DNA from: an uncultured Alphaproteobacteria bacterium
GTDB lineage: Bacteria > Pseudomonadota > Alphaproteobacteria > Rhizobiales > Xanthobacteraceae
Length of the DNA: 64,000 nucleotides
Assembly (NCBI GenBank): GCA_963733645.1
Contig: CAVTFP010000015.1
Coordinates: 58,375 to 122,374 of the forward strand
Reading direction: 5' to 3'
In this document: positions 36,280 to 45,073 of the stretch, piece after piece
Layout: every line of letters begins with the position of its first letter
Position numbering within the stretch: the first letter of the stretch is position 1
Notes under the pieces: model-generated
What the model saw: only the letters and a program-made list of their open reading frames with translations
Database searches by the model: none
What the model was told of the DNA's origin: nothing
Position numbers and translations under genes: made by a program

Positions 36280-38448
36280 CTACGCGGAGTGCAGATCATT
36301 GTTCTTGAGCGGGAAGTTGCGGATGCGCTTGCCGGTCGCCGCGAAGATGGCATTGAGCACGGCAGGCGCCGCAACCGCGATAGTCGGCTCGCCGACGCCG
36401 CCCCAGAACTCGTAGTCCGGCATGACGATGGCCTCGACCTTCGGCATCTCGTCGATCCGCATCACCTGATACGTATCGAAGTTCTTCTGCTCGATGTGGC
36501 CGCCGCGCACGGTGCATTCGCCATACAGCATGGCCGAAAGCCCATAGACGAACGAGCCCTCGACCTGTCGCGCGATCTGCTCCGGATTGGCGGCGTGCCC
36601 CGAATTGGTGGCGCCGACGATGCGGTGGATCTTCAACTGGCCATCGATGACCGAGACCTCCGCACAGGCCGCGACATAGCTGCCGAAACCCATGATCTGC
36701 GACAGCCCGCGGTAGACGCCCTGCGGGGCGGGCGTCCCATAGCCGGCTTTGTCGGCCACGGCTTTGAGCACCGCCGCGTGCTTGGGTTTGAGATATTTGA
36801 GGCGGAACGCCAGCGGGTCTTCGCCGATCTCATGGGCCAACTGGTCCATGAACGTCTCGACGTAGATCGCGTTGTGGTTGGTGTTGACACCGCGCCAGAA
36901 GCCCGCCGGTATCGACGGATTGCGCATGGCGTGGTCGATCAGGATGTTCGGAATATTGTAACCGAACGCGCCTTCCGGCCCGCCGGGACCTAGGCCCTGG
37001 AAAACGACCGGATCCTTGCCGTTTTCCATGCGTGACGGGAGCACAGTGGCCAAAATCGACTGACCTGAAATGCGCATGTGGAATGCGATCAGGTTCTTGT
37101 TGGCGTCGAAGCCGGCGGTCAACTTACATTGCGTGATCGGGTGGTAATAGCAGTGTGTCATATCCTCTTCGCGCGACCACAGGAGTTTGACCGGCGTGCC
37201 GGGCATTTCCTTGGCGATCGTGACAGCTTGACGGACATAATCGCTTTGTCCGCGCCGGCCGAAGCCGCCGCCGAGGAACGTCTTGTGGACGTCGCACTGA
37301 GCGACCGGAAGGCCGGCGGCCTCAGCGGTCACTGCAAGCGCGGATTCGCCGTTTTGCGTGGAGCACCAGACTTCGCAACGATCAGCCGTGTAGAGCGCTG
37401 TCGCGTTCATCGGCTCCATCGGGGCGTGGTTCTGGTACGGATAGGAGTAGGTCGCTTCCACGACCTTCGCGGCGCCGGCCAACGCTGACTTCACATCGCC
37501 CGACTGATTACCGACGAAGGCTTGCTCGGCATCGAGGCCTTCCTTGAGGAAGTCCGCGATGGTGGCGCTGGAGACTTTGGCGTTCGCGCCATTGTCCCAA
37601 ACGATTGGCAGACTCTCGAGTGCCTTTTTGGCTCGCCACCACGAATCGGCGACGACGGCAACCGCGTTGTCGCCGACCCGCACGACTTTTTTGACGCCGG
37701 GCATGTCGGAAACATGTGCTTCGTCGACGCTTTGCAGCTTGCCGCCGAACACCGGGCAGGCGTTGATCGCGGCGTACATCATTCCCGGCTGACGGATGTC
37801 GATGCCGAAGACCGTCCTGCCGACAATCTTGTCTGCGGTATCGAGCCGCTTGAGTGGCTTGCCGGCGATCGTCCACGTCTTCGGGTCTTTCAATGCCACG
37901 TCTTTAGGCACATCGAGCTTGCCGGCGGCCTCCGCGACTTTGCCGTAAGTGACAGTGCGGTTCGACGCTTTGTGTGTGATCACGCCGGTAGCCGCAGTGC
38001 ATTCGGCAGCCGGCACATTCCAGGCATTGGCCGCCGCCTGGACCAGCATCATGCGTGCCGCCGCGCCGCCCTCGCGAACATATTTGTTCGAATCGCGAAT
38101 GCCGCGGCTGCCGCCGGTCGAGAAATCGCCCCACACGCGCTTGCGTGCCAGGTTCTGGCCCGGCGTTGGGAATTCGGTCGTGACCTTTGACCAGTCAGCG
38201 TCGAGTTCTTCGGCAACAAGTTGAGCGAGGCCGGTCATCGTACCTTGGCCCATTTCGGAGCGGGCGATACGGATGACCACGGTCTCGTCGGGCTTGATCA
38301 CGACCCAGGCATCGACCTCGGGCGGGACGTCTGCGGCGCGAACGGCATCGGAGCCGAACGGCAGATTGAAGCCGAGCGCGAGCCCGGTGCCGGCCGCGGT
38401 CGAGCCGATGACGAAAGAGCGGCGATTCACTTTGGATGTGCGTGTCAT
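36280..38448 (-). CDS. Molybdopterin-binding large subunit of an IorB/aldehyde-oxidase-like hydroxylase, Tat-exported
   Basis: MTRTSKVNRRSFVIGSTAAGTGLALG twin-arginine signal. 722 aa, with xanthine-dehydrogenase-family a/b hammerhead and Mo-binding regions. Confidence 0.85.
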   Translation of the reverse strand: MTRTSKVNRRSFVIGSTAAGTGLALGFNLPFGSDAVRAADVPPEVDAWVVIKPDETVVIRIARSEMGQGTMTGLAQLVAEELDADWSKVTTEFPTPGQNLARKRVWGDFSTGGSRGIRDSNKYVREGGAAARMMLVQAAANAWNVPAAECTAATGVITHKASNRTVTYGKVAEAAGKLDVPKDVALKDPKTWTIAGKPLKRLDTADKIVGRTVFGIDIRQPGMMYAAINACPVFGGKLQSVDEAHVSDMPGVKKVVRVGDNAVAVVADSWWRAKKALESLPIVWDNGANAKVSSATIADFLKEGLDAEQAFVGNQSGDVKSALAGAAKVVEATYSYPYQNHAPMEPMNATALYTADRCEVWCSTQNGESALAVTAEAAGLPVAQCDVHKTFLGGGFGRRGQSDYVRQAVTIAKEMPGTPVKLLWSREEDMTHCYYHPITQCKLTAGFDANKNLIAFHMRISGQSILATVLPSRMENGKDPVVFQGLGPGGPEGAFGYNIPNILIDHAMRNPSIPAGFWRGVNTNHNAIYVETFMDQLAHEIGEDPLAFRLKYLKPKHAAVLKAVADKAGYGTPAPQGVYRGLSQIMGFGSYVAACAEVSVIDGQLKIHRIVGATNSGHAANPEQIARQVEGSFVYGLSAMLYGECTVRGGHIEQKNFDTYQVMRIDEMPKVEAIVMPDYEFWGGVGEPTIAVAAPAVLNAIFAATGKRIRNFPLKNNDLHSA

Positions 38449-38461
38449 GATTGCGTTCCTC

Positions 38462-38914
38462 TCAAGCGTGATCGGCGGCCGCGTGGATCGCGGCGCGAAT
38501 GCGCTGATAGGTTCCGCAGCGGCAGATGTTGGTCATTGCCGCGTCGATATCGGCGTCGGTCGGTTTGGGGTTATGCTTCAAAAGGTCCGCAGCGGCCATC
38601 ATCATGCCGCTCTGGCAGTAGCCGCATTGCGGCACATCGAGATCGAGCCATGCCTGCTGCACCGGGTGCAGCTTGCCGTTTTGCGCGAGCGCCTCGATGG
38701 TGGTGATGGACTTGGCGCCGACGGTGCCGACGGGCACCTGGCAGGAACGCGTGGCGACGCCATTGATGTGTACGGTGCAGGCGCCGCATTGGGCGATGCC
38801 GCAACCGTATTTCGTGCCGGTGAGCCCGATCGTGTCGCGGATCACCCAGAGTAATGGCGTATCGGACTCAACGTCGACGTTGTAGGACTTTCCGTTGATG
38901 GAAAGGGCAATCAT
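38462..38914 (-). CDS. [2Fe-2S] small subunit (IorA-like) of the same hydroxylase
   Basis: [17 protein letters not shown] and [11 protein letters not shown]...CRCGTYQRI motifs. Internal ATG at 38914 with RBS GGGAGGA. Confidence 0.9.
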   Translation of the reverse strand: MIALSINGKSYNVDVESDTPLLWVIRDTIGLTGTKYGCGIAQCGACTVHINGVATRSCQVPVGTVGAKSITTIEALAQNGKLHPVQQAWLDLDVPQCGYCQSGMMMAAADLLKHNPKPTDADIDAAMTNICRCGTYQRIRAAIHAAADHA

Positions 38915-39162
38915 GCTGTCCTCCCGGTCTGAATGGTGCGCATCCCCATTTGGGACTGGCTTGATTCGGCGCCCACCTGCGGCAAGTTTAGCCTGTTCCA
39001 ATTCGAATGCGAAATCCCAAATCCGCGAGCTGAGATCGGCAATGCAGGGAATATCGGGCTTTGGTCGGGGTATCGATGCCCTGAAGTGTAATTCGCACAT
39101 AGGCGTGCTCCGCCTGCGACAAAAACGGGGCGTTCCTCGCCTGTTCCATACCCCGCTATTGC

Positions 39163-39906
39163 ATGTATCGTGTGGGCTCGCGGATGTGGGAGCCCAATGT
39201 GAGCGACGAATTCGAGGACCATTGCTGGAAGGACATCGTCCCACCAGAAATCATGGAAATTTATTCCAATTACAAAAGGAATATCTTCGTTGGGCCGGCG
39301 CCGGCTCTTTTGGCTATCGACCTCTATGAGTTGGTTTATCGCGGCGGTTCGCATCCTCCCGAGACGATCGCCAAAGCCCATCCGAGCGCTTGCGGCCGCT
39401 ACGCCTATGACGCAATCGAGCCGACCAAGCGGCTATTCGCGGCGGCGCGAGCGGCGGGTCTGCCGATTTTCTATTCGACCGGCGATGTGCGCAGCGAAAG
39501 CAAGCCCGCCTTCGTCGGCGCTACCAAGCGCGTAAAGCCGTCGATCGATGCATCCGACTATGCCATCCGTCCGGAGTTCAAGCCGCAGTCGAGCGATGTC
39601 GTCATCACGAAGCAGCGCGCCAGCGCATTCTATGGCACGCCGCTGACCGCGCACCTGACCCAGCTCGGTGTCCAGACTCTCATTATATGCGGCGAAAGCA
39701 CGTCCGGTTGCGTGCGCGCGAGCGCCGTCGATGCCTATTCGCACGGCTATCACGTGGTACTGGTCGAGGAATGTTGCTTCGATCGCAGCATTCTGTCGCA
39801 CAAGGTGAACCTGTTCGACCTGCATCATAAATATGCGGACGTGATGCACGTCGGCGAGGTGATCGCGCATCTTGCCAACAATCCCGCGGTGAGGAAGGCG
39901 AGCTGA
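39163..39906 (+). CDS. Isochorismatase-family cysteine hydrolase (N-carbamoylsarcosine amidase-like)
   Basis: ALLAIDLYE..., [12 protein letters not shown]..., [24 protein letters not shown] (catalytic Cys). Start uncertain (39163 or 39184). Confidence 0.8.
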   Translation: MYRVGSRMWEPNVSDEFEDHCWKDIVPPEIMEIYSNYKRNIFVGPAPALLAIDLYELVYRGGSHPPETIAKAHPSACGRYAYDAIEPTKRLFAAARAAGLPIFYSTGDVRSESKPAFVGATKRVKPSIDASDYAIRPEFKPQSSDVVITKQRASAFYGTPLTAHLTQLGVQTLIICGESTSGCVRASAVDAYSHGYHVVLVEECCFDRSILSHKVNLFDLHHKYADVMHVGEVIAHLANNPAVRKAS

Positions 39907-39907
39907 T

Positions 39908-40829
39908 ATGAAGCCTTCCCGCTACGGTCCGTTTCCTTATTCGCCCATCATTCATCGTCCGCCGCTGAAGTGGCCGAACGGCGCGCACGTTGCGTTGTGG
40001 GTCATTCCGAACATCGAATTCTTCGCGCTTGATGAGAAAGTGCCGCCCGGCTCGGGCGGCACCGGTGTGCCGGTGCCCGATGTACCGACGTGGTCGGCAC
40101 GCGACTACGGCAATCGCGTAGGCGTGTTCCGGCTGATGGAAGTGCTCGAGCGGCACGGCATCCGCGCCACGGTCGCGCTGAACAGCGAATTATGCACCGA
40201 ACACCCCGCGATCATCGAAGAAGGTAATAAGCTGCGCTGGGAGTGGATGGGTCATTGCGAGAGCAATACGCGGCGTCTCAACGCGGCGCCGCCCGGCGAC
40301 GAGCCGCGCATCATCAAGAATACGTTTGCGACAATCGAGCAGGCGAATCCGGCACACGTCCGCGCGGCTGGCTTGGTTCCGGCTTGCAGGAGACCTGGGA
40401 CACGCTTGAATTTCTCGCCGGTGAAGGCTGCGATTACGTTTGCGACTGGACCAACGACGATCAGCCCTACATCATGAAACTCGATGGCGGTCGCACGCTA
40501 GTCAGCGTGCCGTATAGCCACGAGATCAACGATAAGCCGGCATTCGAGAAATTTCACCGCACAGCGGACGAGTTCCGCGAGATGATTTGCCGGCAATTCG
40601 ACGTGCTCTATCGCGAGGGTGCGCAAATCCGGCCGTGTGATGGCGATTGCGATCCACCCGTATCTCACCGGGGTGCCGCATCGCATCGACGCCTTTGACG
40701 CGGCTTTGCAGCTACATCAGCCAGCACGGCAAAGTGTGGAAGACGACCGGCACGGAGATTACTCGTCACTACAGCGTCGCAAGTCGCCGAGGCTGTATAG
40801 GAGAGTTCGTCCATGGGTGCGTTGCATAG
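39908..40829 (+). pseudogene. Polysaccharide-deacetylase/PuuE-like (NodB-fold) gene with three frame breaks
   Basis: Pieces lie in frames 2 -> 1 -> 2 -> 3: ...FATIEQA | GTRPRGWLGSGLQETWDTLEFLAGEGCDYVCDW...LYREG | RKSGRVMAIAIHPYLTGVPHRIDAFDAAL | YISQHGKVWKTTGTEITRHY. Breaks near 40345, 40628 and 40712. Confidence 0.7.
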
Positions 40830-41801
40830 ACTTTGTCGAATTGTTCGGCGCTGATCGGCGGCTCTTGCCGCACTGGGTGGCTCATTCGCGCGCGCCGAGG
40901 ACGAAAAGGTGACGCTCGGAACAGTGGGCCAGGCTTCGGCCAATCTTTGGCCTGTACTGATCGGAATGCAGAAAGGCTTTTTTGCCGCCGAAGGCGTAGC
41001 TCCCGAGATCGTCTACGTCCAATCGAGCGCCGCGCTGGTGCAACAAGTGGCGGCCGGTTCGATCGGCATCAGCATTTCCACCGGTCTGGCTGATCCGCTT
41101 GCGCGCAGTCGGCATGGGTGCTCCGATCGCAATTGTGCGGCTTGAGGTCCAAGCGCCGCCATACGATCTCGTCGCCAAGCCGGGTATCGCCAAGCTGAGT
41201 GATCTCAAAGGCAAACTGATCTCCCTTGGTGGCCCAAAAGACATCACACGCATTTATGTCGAACGCATGCTGAAGCCGAACGGCGTCAATCCAGGCGAGT
41301 TCGACATGGTCTTCGCCGGCGCAACCGCGGCTCGCGCGTCGGCGCTGCTTGCCGGCGCGGTGGACGCTGCCATTTTGCTGCCGGCGTTCAACTTCCAGGC
41401 CGAAGCAAAGGGATTTAACAGTCTCGGCCTGACCGTCGACTACGTGAAGGATCTGCCGTTCTCAGGAACCGCGGTAAACGTCGCGTGGGCAAAAGCCAAC
41501 AAGGCGACGCTGGAGAAATTACTGCGGGTCTAAAACAAGCAGCATCGCCTGGTTCGAGGACGAGGCAGAACCGCGCCGAAGCGCGTGCAGCATACTCAAA
41601 ATCGCAAGCAGCCTGTCGCAAGACGACGTCGAGAAGGCCTACGATTTCTTCCGCAACGGCGACTTCTTCGAGCCGACCGGCAAGGTCTCGCGAGCAAAGC
41701 TCAACGCGCTCGCCAAAGCGATGGAAAGCCTCGGCGATCTGCCCGGCGCGCTCGATAACGACAAGGTCGTTTTGCCGGGCGTAACCCAGATGACGGATTG
41801 A
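40813..41801 (+). pseudogene. Decayed paralogue of the downstream NMT1-like substrate-binding protein gene (in-frame TGA plus multiple frame breaks)
   Basis: MGALHRLCRIVRR*SAALAALGGSFARAEDEKVTLGTVGQASANLWP..., TGA at 40852-40854. Frame changes near 41098, 41522 and 41543, possibly more. Colinear with the protein of 41867..42802 (e.g. QAPPYDLVAKPGI vs QAPPYALLAKPEI; DVEKAYDFF vs DVEKAYDFL). Confidence 0.7.
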
Positions 41802-41866
41802 GACGTGCATCGATGATCCGCAATATCGTGGCACTATGCTGCGGAATAGGCGTGCTGCTTTGACGT

Positions 41867-42802
41867 TTGGTATGGTCGTCGCGGTTCGCCGTGCCGGCGT
41901 ATGCCGCCGATATCGTCTCGGTAGGCTCGGTCGATGCCACATCGGCCAATCTTTGGCCGCTGCATATTGCCGCTAAAAACGGCTATTTTGACGATGCAAA
42001 GCTGAATATCGACCTGGTTTTCGCCCAGTCGAACGCCTCCGTCATTCAGCAGCTTGCCGCCGGCTCATATAGCGTCGCGCCCAGCGCCGGCATGGTCGAC
42101 CCGATCCGGGCTATCGACAAAGGCGCGCCGGTGGCCCTTGTTCGCATTGTGATCCAGGCGCCGCCGTATGCGTTACTTGCCAAGCCGGAGATCAAGAAAA
42201 TCGAGGACCTCAAGGGTAAGATCATCAGCATCGGCGGATTGAAAGACATCACTCGCATTTTCACCGAGCGGATGCTCGAGCCGCATGGGCTTAAATCAGG
42301 TGATTATGATTACGTGTTTGCCGGCGCCACGAGTGCGCGATTCGCGGCGCTGAAATCTGGCGCGGTCGATGCCGCACTGCTTACGGTACCGTTCAATTTT
42401 TATGCCGAGAGCGCGGGGTTCACTAATTTGGGCTTTACGTTCGACTATCTGCCCGACATGCCATTCGCGGGCATGGCCGTCAACCGCACATGGGCGCAAG
42501 CTAATTCCGACGTGCTGAAGCGATTTCTTGCCGCCTATACCAAAGGCGTCGCCTGGTTCGCCGATCCGAAGAACCGCGAAGCAGCAGTCCAGATACAGGT
42601 GGATACCAGCAAGATCGCGCAGGGCGACGTGGAAAAGGCCTACGATTTTCTTCATGACAAAAATCTGTTCGAGCCGACCGGCATGGTTTCCAAACGAAAA
42701 GTAGGCAGCGTGATCGATGCATTACGTACTCTCAGCGATCTTCCCGCCGACTTCACCGTGGATCGAGTTCTGCTTCCCGGCGTGACGCAGGTTGGCGACT
42801 GA
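41867..42802 (+). CDS. ABC transporter substrate-binding protein (NMT1-like). The mature part is intact, but the predicted signal peptide is interrupted.
   Basis: Open from TTG 41867. The in-frame upstream ATG at 41813 encodes MIRNIVALCCGIGVLL, then TGA (41861-41863), then RLVWSSRFAVPAYAADIV... The stop overlaps the permease ATG (TGATG at 42800-42804). Confidence 0.7.
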   Translation: MVWSSRFAVPAYAADIVSVGSVDATSANLWPLHIAAKNGYFDDAKLNIDLVFAQSNASVIQQLAAGSYSVAPSAGMVDPIRAIDKGAPVALVRIVIQAPPYALLAKPEIKKIEDLKGKIISIGGLKDITRIFTERMLEPHGLKSGDYDYVFAGATSARFAALKSGAVDAALLTVPFNFYAESAGFTNLGFTFDYLPDMPFAGMAVNRTWAQANSDVLKRFLAAYTKGVAWFADPKNREAAVQIQVDTSKIAQGDVEKAYDFLHDKNLFEPTGMVSKRKVGSVIDALRTLSDLPADFTVDRVLLPGVTQVGD

Positions 42803-43641
42803 TGAGCGCGACGAGTGATGGCGTAAAGACTCTTAATCCGCCGGCCGCAGGAGCGCCGGACGCCATCCCGCCGCATCCTTTCTTCGGCATGCTCCGTCGC
42901 AGATATATGGCCGCGACCTTGTCGGTCGGCGGCGGCCTGCCTGGTGTGGGAAATCATCAGCCGTTTCTTCGTGAACAATGCACTGTTCCTTGCGGCCCCG
43001 TCGCAGATTGCAGTTGCGATCTACAATCTCGCGGTCACCGGGCAGCTTTGGCATCACCTCGCCATCAGCGCTGCCGAGTTCGCGCTCGGCTACAGCATCG
43101 CCAGCGTGCTCGGCATCGCGCTCGGGCTTGCCATGGCGTCTAGTGTCACGATGAAGCAGGCTTTGCAGCCATGGGTTTCGGGGCTCTACGCCACGCCGAC
43201 GATCGCGCTGGCGCCGCTGTTCATCCTCTGGTTCGGCATCGGCATCTGGTCGAAAGTCATCGTCGTGATATCGCTCGTGCTGTTCCCGGTCGCCATCAAC
43301 ACCGAGGCGGGCCTGCGCACGACCAGCGAACGGTTGATCGAAATGCTGCGTTCGTTCGGCGCCACACGGCGGCAAATTTTCCTCAAGGTTTCCTTGCCTT
43401 CGGCGGTGCCCTTCATCCTGGCCGGTCTCAAGCTCGGCATCGGCCGCGGACTGATCGGCGTCGTGGTGGCGGAATTGTTCGGCTCGCGCGCCGGCCTCGG
43501 CCGGCTGATCAGCCAATCGGCCGACGCCTTCAACATGCCGGAACTGTTTGCCGGCGTTGTTGTCTGGCCATCGCCGGCATCGTGATGACGGCAGGCTTTG
43601 GCTGGCTCGAAAAGCGGCTGGTGCCGTGGACCCGGGATTGA
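42802..43641 (+). pseudogene. ABC transporter permease (NitT/TauT-type) with two opposite frame breaks (frame 1 -> 2 -> 1)
   Basis: N-terminus from ATG 42802 in frame 1, core (WEIISRFFVNN...MPELFAGVV) in frame 2, C-terminus LAIAGIVMTAGFGWLEKRLVPWTRD* back in frame 1. Breaks at ~42921-42943 (GGCGGCGGC run) and ~43564. Confidence 0.75.
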
Positions 43642-43649
43642 GGGATAGG

Positions 43650-44426
43650 ATGGCACCCAAGCTTGCGATCTCGCGATTGAGTAAGTCGTTCGGCGATCTC
43701 GAAGCCTTGCGCGGCATCAATCTCGGCGTCGAGCGGGGCGAATTCATTTCCGTTGTCGGTCCGAGCGGTTGCGGCAAGACCACGTTCTTGCGGATTGTCG
43801 CTGGCCTTGAACACGCGACATCGGGCGACGTGCTGCTCGACGGTCGCACCGTGCGTGAGCCCGGCACCGACCGCGGGTTCGTGTTTCAGAATGACAGTCT
43901 GCTGCCGTGGCGCACCGTGTTCACCAACGCGATCATTGGGCGCGAAGTCACCGGCCCGATCGGCCCGGCCGATCGCAAGCGTACGATGGAGTTATTGAAG
44001 CTCGTCGGCCTGGAAGGCTTCGAGAACTTTCATCCGCGTCAGCTCTCCGGCGGCATGCGCCAGCGCGTCAATCTCGCCCGCGCGCTCGCTATCGATCCCG
44101 AAATCCTGCTGATGGACGAGCCGTTCGCGGCGCTCGATGCACAGACGCGTGAAATCATGCAGGCCGAATTGCTGCGCATCTGGGAGCGCGGTCAGAAAAC
44201 CGTCCTGTTCGTCACTCACCAGATCGACGAAGCGGTCTTTCTCTCCGATCGCGTACTGGTGTTCGCCCGGCGGCCGGGCCGCGTCCAGGCTGAGATCAAG
44301 ATAGCGCTGCCGCGCCCGCGCAAGCTCGAGATCAAGCGCACGGCCGAGTTCGTCGCGCTGGTCGATCGCATCTGGCGGATGATCGAGGATGACGTCCGGG
44401 CGGCCGCGCTCTTCGAGAACGCCTGA
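43650..44426 (+). CDS. ABC transporter ATP-binding protein
   Basis: Walker A GPSGCGKTT, signature LSGGMRQRV, Walker B LLMDEP. Internal ATG at 43650 with RBS agggatagga. Confidence 0.9.
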   Translation: MAPKLAISRLSKSFGDLEALRGINLGVERGEFISVVGPSGCGKTTFLRIVAGLEHATSGDVLLDGRTVREPGTDRGFVFQNDSLLPWRTVFTNAIIGREVTGPIGPADRKRTMELLKLVGLEGFENFHPRQLSGGMRQRVNLARALAIDPEILLMDEPFAALDAQTREIMQAELLRIWERGQKTVLFVTHQIDEAVFLSDRVLVFARRPGRVQAEIKIALPRPRKLEIKRTAEFVALVDRIWRMIEDDVRAAALFENA

Positions 44427-44430
44427 ACGC

Positions 44431-45021
44431 TCATTTCAACCGCGCGATGTAATACGCGAGATCCTGGAACTGTTCGTCGGTCATCGGCGCGACGACATCC
44501 GACATGGCGGCGTCATAGCCGCGGCGGGAATTGTCCTTGTAGCCGCGCAGCGATTTGAGGAGATAGTCCTCGCGCTGGTCGGCGATGCGGGGAACATTCT
44601 GCTGCCCGGCCAAGTTCGGCGTGTGGCAGAAATTGCAATGATTTTGTTCGACCAGCGCGCGGGCGCGCTCCATGCGGGCGTCGTCTACGGAGCCAGCCAC
44701 GGGCTGCGGCGCCGGTAACTTAGAGATGATATCCGCGAAGCTTTGCAGGTCAGCGTCGGCAAGACCCTTCGCCATATCGTTCATCGGATCGACGACGCGC
44801 ATGCGATCGCGGAACATGAGAAGCTGGACCGTGACGAAGTACGCTTGCTGCGCGCCGAGCGACGGCACTTCGGGATTTTGCGACTGACCGCTATCGCCGT
44901 GACAGGCAAGACACGTTGGCAGCCGTTCCTGAACCGTCTGTGCGACCGCGGGAGGCCCGGCAAAACATCCGAGCGCCAGTGCCAGGACGATTCGGCGCAT
45001 GCCTTCAATCCCGTATTTCAT
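44431..45021 (-). CDS. Dihaem class I c-type cytochrome (c4-like)
   Basis: Signal peptide plus CLACH and CNFCH motifs. Immediately downstream of the dehydrogenase gene. Confidence 0.8.
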   Translation of the reverse strand: MKYGIEGMRRIVLALALGCFAGPPAVAQTVQERLPTCLACHGDSGQSQNPEVPSLGAQQAYFVTVQLLMFRDRMRVVDPMNDMAKGLADADLQSFADIISKLPAPQPVAGSVDDARMERARALVEQNHCNFCHTPNLAGQQNVPRIADQREDYLLKSLRGYKDNSRRGYDAAMSDVVAPMTDEQFQDLAYYIARLK

Positions 45022-45073
45022 TAGCGCGATATGAAAGCCGAGGGCAGCGTACCGCCCTCGGCTTGAGTTGCAG

